From assembly GCA_951406725.2 (NCBI GenBank), contig OX597817.1:122574001-122638000 (forward strand): a stretch of 64,000 nt of DNA, given 5' to 3'. The position numbers and the translations under genes are program-made. Below, one piece after another: positions 56,863 to 64,000 of this stretch (position 1 is the first letter of the stretch; each line of letters starts with the position of its first letter). The notes beneath the pieces were generated by a model. It was not told where the DNA came from, ran no database searches, and was given only the letters and a program-made list of their open reading frames with translations. The DNA is from Octopus vulgaris (lineage: Eukaryota).

Positions 56863-57367
56863 CTAGCAGTATCGCCCGGCGTTGCTCGGGTTTGTAAGGG
56901 AAATAACTATATAAGCATTTTTAGAGAGTTACTTCGCTTATAGATGCCAATTCGGGCTTTCTTAGCCATTTCTGTTTTGGTGTCTTCAAGCCATGAAGTT
57001 GTTGTTCTAAAAGAACGCTGGTCTCCTTTGACAACGCTTTACGACGTTGATTTCCTTACACTCCCTTCCCTACAGCTTCACGAGGGAGGGAAGAAGGGGG
57101 AGAAGCAAACAGGTGCAGGTGTGACCATGGACGCCGCCATCGACACACGAAAAATTATGCATTCAAATGGAATAAAAAATGATGTTAAATTATTTTTAAA
57201 ATCGTAGACTCATCGTAGACGCGCGCTAATACTCAGACGGGCTCGATATGAATCACGACTATAAGATACCCGAATTTGGTTAAACTGCACCGCAAAATGA
57301 GGGAGTAGTTAGGAATCTAAATCGAAGGGGACAGACGCTCACACAACTACAGTTTTATATATATAGA
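56863..57367 (-). mobile_element. Non-autonomous Helitron, copy 2 (tandem, different interior)
   Basis: Same termini as copy 1; extra block at about 56943-57149. Confidence 0.85.
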
Positions 57368-57384
57368 TATGGTCTTATGCTATA

Positions 57385-57615
57385 TGCGCACATATATGTG
57401 CGTGCGCGAACGTATGCATGCGCCTTCGCAAAAGTGTGACTGCGCATGCGCGAGCGTGTTACTGCGCATGCGCGAACGTGTGACTGCGCATGCGCCAACG
57501 TGTGCGTGCACATGCGCCAACGTGTGCGTGCGCATGCGCGAAAGTGTGACTGCGCATGCGCGAACGTATGCGTGCTCATGCGCGAACCTGTGACTGCGCA
57601 TGCGCGAACGTATGA
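57385..57615. repeat. About 22-bp CpG-rich minisatellite (cgcatgcgcgaacgtgtgactg)
   Basis: About ten diverged tandem units. Confidence 0.9.
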
Positions 57616-58266
57616 ATATGTTCCTCGTTTAAGAAGCAGATTGGGTTTATTTACATTTGTGAAGAAGAAAAAAATACCCTTCCCCCGACCCCTAACAGAG
57701 ATTGAAATGCAATAGATCGATACTAGGGTCATAATTTCATATGACACCGCTAGAAAAAACTGCCGTTCAAACCGAAAATATCCCAACTTTTAACGAACAT
57801 TGTATTACTTTAACGCTTAAAAGAATAAAGGGAAAGCTCTCTCTCTCTCTTGCGCACACACACACACACACACACACGCAATCGAAGCATGAATTCGAGA
57901 AACATATCATTGGTATTTTTGTTACATGAAGCAGATCTTTCTGAAGCTTAGATTCTTTACCTTCAGAATTCATAAAGTGATACGACTCGATAAAGTGTTA
58001 ATCTGTGCACCATAGGTTTATGTGATCGACAGTGCATTATGTGTGTATATGCATGCAAAAATGCTTTATGGTGCTAATCTGATCACATATGTTGCACAAC
58101 AAGCTTGCATAAGTGCAAGACTACATAATTTGTTCAGCCTCTTACGTAACGTGTTATACGTGTGTGTGTGTGTATGTGTAAAATGTAAATAAATATGTAT
58201 GTCTGTGTAAATGTATGTAAATAAATGTGTGTTTGTGTGGAATACACAAATGGCGCCACCTTATAA

Positions 58267-58461
58267 CTTTCTGGAAAAGGAATATTTTTAAATGAAATTT
58301 TCTACAAATAGCTTTCTGGTGGTGTAGATTACGATGATAGAGAAATTTAATGGGGTGGGGGGATGTGGTGGTGGGTGCGCCCACATACATACTAACACGT
58401 TTCACATTAAAAAGGTATTCGTAGAAAATTTCATTTAAAAAAGTATACATTTTCCAGAAAG
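58267..58461. repeat. Imperfect inverted repeat, MITE-like
   Basis: ctttctggaaaa...tttaaatgaaattttctac versus gtagaaaatttcatttaaa...ttttccagaaag. Confidence 0.6.
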
Positions 58462-59339
58462 CTCTGTCTTCAGAATTATGTGCCGCCACATAATTCTGTA
58501 GACATGTCTATATACATACACGCTCGCACGCGCACGCACATATGTATGTATGTATAATTTATGTTTACAGTATAGCATTGGACTCGATCTCACATTTTGT
58601 CACATAGGAATCACAGTTCGATCATGCGCACAAACCCGAATGTTATCCATTGAACGGTTGCTGTTCGCGTGCTAGTTTGGTGGCTCGTTTAGACTTTCCG
58701 TGAACACAGTCTATGAATACATTAGTAGGAATTGAACCACTAATGAAATATTACTAAAAAGTAAATAAGTATGTCAAATCAACAGGAAAAAAGAAAAGGA
58801 AAAAGGAGGGAAAATAAGGAAAAAGAAAGTGTTTTATGTTATGTTTAATAATATCGGAAAATAGAAGAACAATTTTAGAGAACATATAAATGGTTCAAAT
58901 AATTGTAAAGGTAGACGATAATTAATTGTTATGTAAATACAAGATAAAAACGGACAGTTTAAAAAGATTAATGGTAATGCACGTGCTGAGGGGAGCATGC
59001 AGCCATTCATAACCCCATTATTGTATAATCATCTCATCATATTCGTTCTATGTATTGTACCCTCTGTGGTGTCCTGTCTGTCCTTGTTTGTCCCTCTCTA
59101 TGTTCGGGCCCTTGTGGCTAATAAAGAAACTGAATACAGTCAAATTTGCCGCCAATTTTGCAGAGCGTCACCACGACGTTCTCCACTCCCGCCATATTTA
59201 GAGTGTCACGGGTCGAGTTGGCGTTCTCTCTCCTAATAGCTATTTTCACTCTGCATATTCAACGTGGATTGCTCGAAGAAGACACATTGCGACACCTGAA
59301 TATATATTTGACATATAAAAATGATAATACAAATGTTGA

Positions 59340-61560
59340 ATTTCTAACAAAGACTTTCTGTACGTATCATATTACGATGTTTCATCAATGGTTTTATTAA
59401 TGGTATTGCATGAATACCTTTCCTATTAATGTAACAAATAAATTACTCTCCAGTACATAGAGAAGCCTTTGGTTTCTGTATCGTTTAATCACTTGTGTTT
59501 CAAATCAACAAGAAGAGCAAAATGATGCAGGAAGTCAAGCATCAAAGATAGGTCTGCAATGATGAAAATCCTCTTGAAATGTTACCATGAGTGGAAACAG
59601 GAAAGCGATTGATAGCTTGCAGAATGATGGCTGATGGCTTTCGTGAATCAGACAAGAAATTGATAGGTCATATGCAACAAGCTGTACCTACATCTCTCTC
59701 TATATATAAACGGCAGTTTGTCTCTCTGTGTGTCTGTCAGGTTGTACCCTCACCCTGACCACGGCTTTCAACCGATTCTGATGAAACTTGACACACACAT
59801 AGCCCAATGTCATAATTAAAAACTGACGCAGCGAAAATTTTGAAAAGTTCCCCCAGTTCTGAAAAAATCGATAAATTCGACATGGGGTCGAGAATCTAAG
59901 CTTTTTTATATGCAACACATTTTCTGTCTAGGGGACACAACTCGACCTTTTTATCACCCAAAGGGACAGCTAGGAATATCGTATACACAGAAGTATTCGA
60001 GTGAAGAGAAGACATTGCAACCTACACATGCGCCTTCGTTCCCTAGAGGGAAAGGACTAGATTGGGATTAGCCGTTGCCTTCTAGGGGCTCTTACATACC
60101 CGGGCAATGCCGAGCTATGCTGCTAGTCTACTAATATATGCTGCATCGAGATGGCGTCGTAGACGAAAAAGACGTTACGAACTGATAAAAGAAGCAGTCG
60201 TTCTTAATCCGTGGCGACGGAGTTTTCCCGCTGCTGAGCAGAATACTTCAAAGGACAAGGTGGGATACACTTGTGCGCATTTCATTCCGAAACGACTGTG
60301 ATACTAAGAAAATGACGAAGAAGCCCTGCGAAGGCTGCAAAAACGCTTTCTCGAAATTACCCGACAAAAAGAATTCGAGCGCGAACAGTCAGTTCGTAGG
60401 ATCGACTGGCTACGTCTGGGTAGCGCGTCTGCGCAAACCGGGACCACTCTGCGATACAAGTACCAACTTTGGTCAAGCTTGTCTGTTAGAACTTGAATTT
60501 TCTCACTGGTCGTCTTACGGAACAATACCAACTCAGAGGATATTGAAGATATAAGAGCGGGAGGATAAGTTTCAGTATTACTGGTACTTGGAGAAGAAAT
60601 ATTCATAATATCTACTATCTCCGCAAACTAGATAAGTGAATTTTGCTCTCTTATAACCGTTAAAAGGCTTGCACATTAGAAAGAAGGTATGGAAAAAAAA
60701 AAATAGTGTAAGTTACCTTAACATTGATTCAACCAAATCCCGCGTTCTTTGCAATAGTTGGGAAGGTCTTTTATCTCCTAATGTTTCTTTATGAAGAAGT
60801 TGGTGAAATCCCTTTCGCTTGACGTAGAGGTACGTCTTACAATTTCTGCTTTCATATTCTGCAATTCAAATGATTAGTATTCTGCTCCGGGCACGTGGAA
60901 GAACACTGACTAGAGGACGAAACTGGCGCATATCAGAAGAAATCTTGTTAACCGCGAAATTGGCTTTAAGTTGCAAAACCAAATTCGTGAAATCTCCCGT
61001 GTAAGGTGGCGGGGCAGAAGATAGAGCTGCCTGCATTGTTAAAGTATAGCTGCTTTCTGACGAGACTAAAGGAACAGGGGAAGGTGCCTTAGTAGTATTA
61101 GTCGAAAATGAAAACATATATGGCAAGATAAAAGTGCTGGCCGCTGGTGAACTGGGAAGAAAAGCACCCTCTCGAACGTTGCGCGCAGATTGGACTGCTA
61201 TTGCGAGGAAAATGGAAGATTAGCTCTTAGCCAATAGTGGTCCTTGTATCGTCGCATCACGTGATGGGTGACGCAGCGGTAAGTGAAACACGCTGTCGGC
61301 TTTCTGTTACCTTTGATCCTGAAAGTACGCGTCGTATTCGCTTAGCGACTGAAAATGTATATCGTGAAGACGACGGGTCTTCAACGACTCTAGTTTCAAC
61401 GGTCGGAGAACGTTTTTAACCAATTACTCCAAAATATATTTATTTATGCCGACGTTAGCCCCTTGAATTCAAAAGGTCTGTTGAATCTATTTCTGTAAAT
61501 CTATTTACATGTGCATCCCACTGGACAGATGCAGTGTTGTGAGAAGAAAAATTTCTGTCG
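59340..61560 (-). mobile_element. Decayed Ty3/Gypsy LTR retrotransposon (LTR remnant, gag, protease)
   Basis: Minus-strand fragments PPPYTGD..QLKANF..KISSD, LGDKRPSQLL, YHSRFG..AHKCIPPC, slippery GGGAAAAC at 60222-60229, then protease FVYD..ILVD|VGTA..LQAIN..STHG..FIIAD..DFLHHFALLVD. AATAAA and a TGGT PBS-like site near 61440 and 61420. Confidence 0.8.
59693..60126 (+). mobile_element. Non-autonomous Helitron inserted in the Gypsy protease
   Basis: 5' TC...tatatataaa; 3' hairpin cccgggcaatgccgag and CTAG; inserted between A and T. Confidence 0.85.
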
Positions 61561-61573
61561 TAATAAGGAACAC

Positions 61574-61617
<44 letters not shown>

Positions 61618-61826
61618 TATGTGAAATAGAAAGATGAATAATCTTGTAGCAGATTAATCAAAAGTTTAACCGATACCTTGGTAGCAAAAATCACAGCAGA
61701 AGACAGCACGGTTGGAGGTACAACCATATGGTGTTGCAACCGTGCGTTGGTGCGGATAATTGAATTTTAATATAATTAGTGAATTGAAGAAATGGAGCTG
61801 AACGAAGATTGAACAGAAATCGTTTT

Positions 61827-61917
61827 ATTTCATTCTACACGTGTTTCGAAAGGCACAATTTACCAAAATCCGATTGAATAATGAGACCATATTGTGTCTT
61901 TCTCTTCAGGAAGAAAT
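61827..61917 (-). ncRNA. Type I hammerhead (inverted pLTR copy)
   Basis: Reverse complement of 63421-63511. Confidence 0.88.
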
Positions 61918-62168
61918 AGGAAATCCGTTGGAAAAAACAAAAACAGAACAGAGGCGGAGCAAAACAAATCGAACTAGGCTCCTAAGAGCCCATGGCCAAA
62001 CTGTTTATCAGTGTATGTTGAGAACGGGTGGTGGGTGCGTTGAAGATTTTAACGGGTCAGGCAGCGGTCATTCCTGTGGGTGAGGGCACGGGGTGTGTAG
62101 ATGTTCTTTGTGACCGAGAGTAAAGTTCTGACTATTTAAAGAATATTGGATGTATTATATGGGGCGGG

Positions 62169-62741
62169 ATGTATTATACGGGCACTAGCAATGACAGCAC
62201 TCTGATAGATAGTGGAGAATCAGGGGTTATTCCGTTAGTTAATAGTGACGTAGTGGAAAATAAAGTAGTAAGCGGCTGCAGTTCTCGCAACAAATATAGT
62301 GACAGTAACGCAGTTCTAATTTCAGAAACTAATCCTAGCAGAATAAGATTTATTTCGGCGAACTCCAAGAGCAGAAACGCCGTCTACCAATGCAAGGTTT
62401 ACACGGACTCAGATGTCTACGCTTATGTAGGGGCCTCATCGTCAAGATTGGCTTTACGAATCTCCAACCATTACGCAACTTTTCGAGACATGAATAAACG
62501 CCAGACCACGGGACTCAGCAAGCTAATATGGCGATTGAAGAATACGAACTCAAGCTACAGGCTGGAATGGTCAATTTTGTCGGTGGCCCTCCCATTTGAT
62601 AGGGGCAGAAGGAAGTGCAACCTTTGTGTCTCCGAACTCTTCCATATATTGTTCGCCAGAGACCGGATGGTAAACGGACTTTTACAGTCGGCTTTTCGAT
62701 GCCCCCATTGGCGGCGTTATACTTATCTTGCTTATAAATAA
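62169..62741 (+). CDS. PLE GIY-YIG endonuclease domain, probably a truncated ORF (Naiad-like C-terminus by inference)
   Basis: AVY...YVG...R..NH..TF...TGLSKLIWRLK...WSIL...CNLC..E...CPH. Confidence 0.8.
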   Translation: MYYTGTSNDSTLIDSGESGVIPLVNSDVVENKVVSGCSSRNKYSDSNAVLISETNPSRIRFISANSKSRNAVYQCKVYTDSDVYAYVGASSSRLALRISNHYATFRDMNKRQTTGLSKLIWRLKNTNSSYRLEWSILSVALPFDRGRRKCNLCVSELFHILFARDRMVNGLLQSAFRCPHWRRYTYLAYK

Positions 62742-63420
62742 CGCTTATAAATAATACCTGCACCCGGTTACACTACTTATATGAAAATAGCCCTTGGTAA
62801 TAAATTCTGAAAAAGCCTTTAAGAGATATATGACTAACCACTGCAAGGGGAATTACTCCTGTGAGATGAATGGGGCTTTGTTTTTGACGACGGGGGGTTT
62901 CTTTGACAAGGCATGATTAGACGAACACACGCACACATAAAACATAAAATATTTTTCTGCCGCCCGACGGTTTTTACTGCAGTGACCATTGTGTAGAGCT
63001 GTCTAACAACTGACAGCCGCGCGATCAAACGCACACACGTACACAAAAAATGTTTTCTACCCCTTGACGGAGTTCTCAGCAGTGACCAGAAAATAGCGCT
63101 TCTTACCAACTTGCGCCAGCACACATATATAGAACAGTAAACACACACAAGTCTCTAAGTAGATTTTGTCTCGCCCCATATAATACATCCAATATTCTTT
63201 AAATAGTCAGAACTTTACTCTCGGTCACAAAGAACATCTACACACCCCGTGCCCTCACCCACAGGAATGACCGCTGCCTGACCCGTTAAAATCTTCAACG
63301 CACCCACCACCCGTTCTCAACATACACTGATAAACAGTTTGGCCATGGGCTCTTAGGAGCCTAGTTCGATTTGTTTTGCTCCGCCTCTGTTCTGTTTTTG
63401 TTTTTTCCAACGGATTTCCT

Positions 63421-63511
63421 ATTTCTTCCTGAAGAGAAAGACACAATATGGTCTCATTATTCAATCGGATTTTGGTAAATTGTGCCTTTCGAAACACGTG
63501 TAGAATGAAAT
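63421..63511 (+). ncRNA. Canonical type I hammerhead ribozyme
   Basis: atttcttc CTGAAGA gaaagacacaat...attgtgcctttc GAAA CACGTG TA gaatgaaat; predicted cleavage after 63502. Confidence 0.9.
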
Positions 63512-63585
63512 AAAACGATTTCTGTTCAATCTTCGTTCAGCTCCATTTCTTCAATTCACTAATTATATATATATACATATATATA

Positions 63586-63845
63586 TCACGTGATCGACCA
63601 GACCATCAGATGTTGTTACACATCGCTGGTCACAATGTGTTCGCATTGATTTAGCCTTCGAATGACGCCACCCCACTGGCTAAGCGAGCAGGCCAACAGA
63701 GAAAAGAGTGGGAGAAAGAGTGGTGAAAGAGTACAGCAGGGATCACCCCACCCCTCTGCCGGAGCGTCGTGGAGCTTTTAGGTGTTTTCGCTCAATAAAC
63801 ACTCACAACGCCCGGTCTGGGAATCGAAACCGCGAGTCCGCTGCC
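63586..63845 (-). mobile_element. tRNA-derived SINE related to the 19950 copy
   Basis: Minus strand B-box ggtttcgattccc; body aaacacctaaaagctccacg; tail fragment also at 48652-48760. Confidence 0.75.
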
Positions 63846-63851
63846 GTAACC

Positions 63852-63961
63852 AATGAAATTCTTGGGGGCAATGAGAACTCATTAGACATAAGTAAAATTA
63901 TATATATATATATAATTTTACTTATGTCTAATGAGTTCTCAATGTCCCCAAGAATTTCATT
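63852..63961. repeat. 110-bp palindrome centred on (TA)n
   Basis: 48-bp unique arms with 2 mismatches joined by a self-complementary TA tract. Confidence 0.9.
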
Positions 63962-64000
63962 TTTACTTCACTTGGGATAATTTACCCTAGTTCGCCGACC

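Larger units (their letters stand above)
61620..63568 (+). mobile_element. 5'-truncated PLE with inverted pseudo-LTRs (61770-62166 / 63172-63568), in (TA)n
   Basis: 397-bp apparently identical inverted arms (they give the twin 80-aa ORFs), each with a hammerhead, around a GIY-YIG ORF. Confidence 0.9.

Noticed and set aside
60308-60490. Plus-strand coiled-coil-like peptide EEALRRLQKRFLE
   Set aside because: Antisense to the Gypsy gag C-terminus and bounded by stops.
61057-61115. CTGACGA gactaa...ttagtc GAAA hammerhead-like core
   Set aside because: No convincing stem I, stem III or UH site; lies antisense within Gypsy gag.
61841-62083. Identical 80-aa ORFs at 61841 and 63255
   Set aside because: Antisense reading of the inverted pLTR arms; no protein motif.
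62829-62872. SECIS-like ATGA..AA..TGA after the GIY-YIG ORF (some Naiad PLEs encode selenocysteine)
   Set aside because: Helix pairing is poor and the remaining ORF has no in-frame TGA; a SECISearch run would settle it.

Overview
AT-rich, microsatellite-dense eukaryotic DNA, almost certainly intronic/intergenic. The SINE families and simple repeats suggest an Octopus-like cephalopod (inference, no search run). Most ORFs in the track are translated (TA)n/(CA)n/(TCTA)n repeats. Real coding remnants are all mobile elements: an intact Neptune-type Penelope-like (PLE) RT+GIY-YIG ORF (463-2373, -), a 5'-truncated PLE GIY-YIG ORF between 397-bp inverted pseudo-LTRs (61770-63568), RTE and L1/Tx1 fragments, a Tc1/mariner end, and a decayed Ty3/Gypsy gag-protease split by a Helitron. 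Three non-autonomous Helitrons and many SINEs are present. The main hidden signal is at least 13 type-I hammerhead ribozyme (HHR) motifs, intact to decayed, from several unrelated PLE-derived families, mostly in short cassettes next to (TA)n tracts. Most have a palindromic stem III that differs between families, and three carry the same CCGANGA core variant. A few candidate host exons and a CpG-retaining block (about 28-43 kb) hint at a promoter region, but no host gene can be named.
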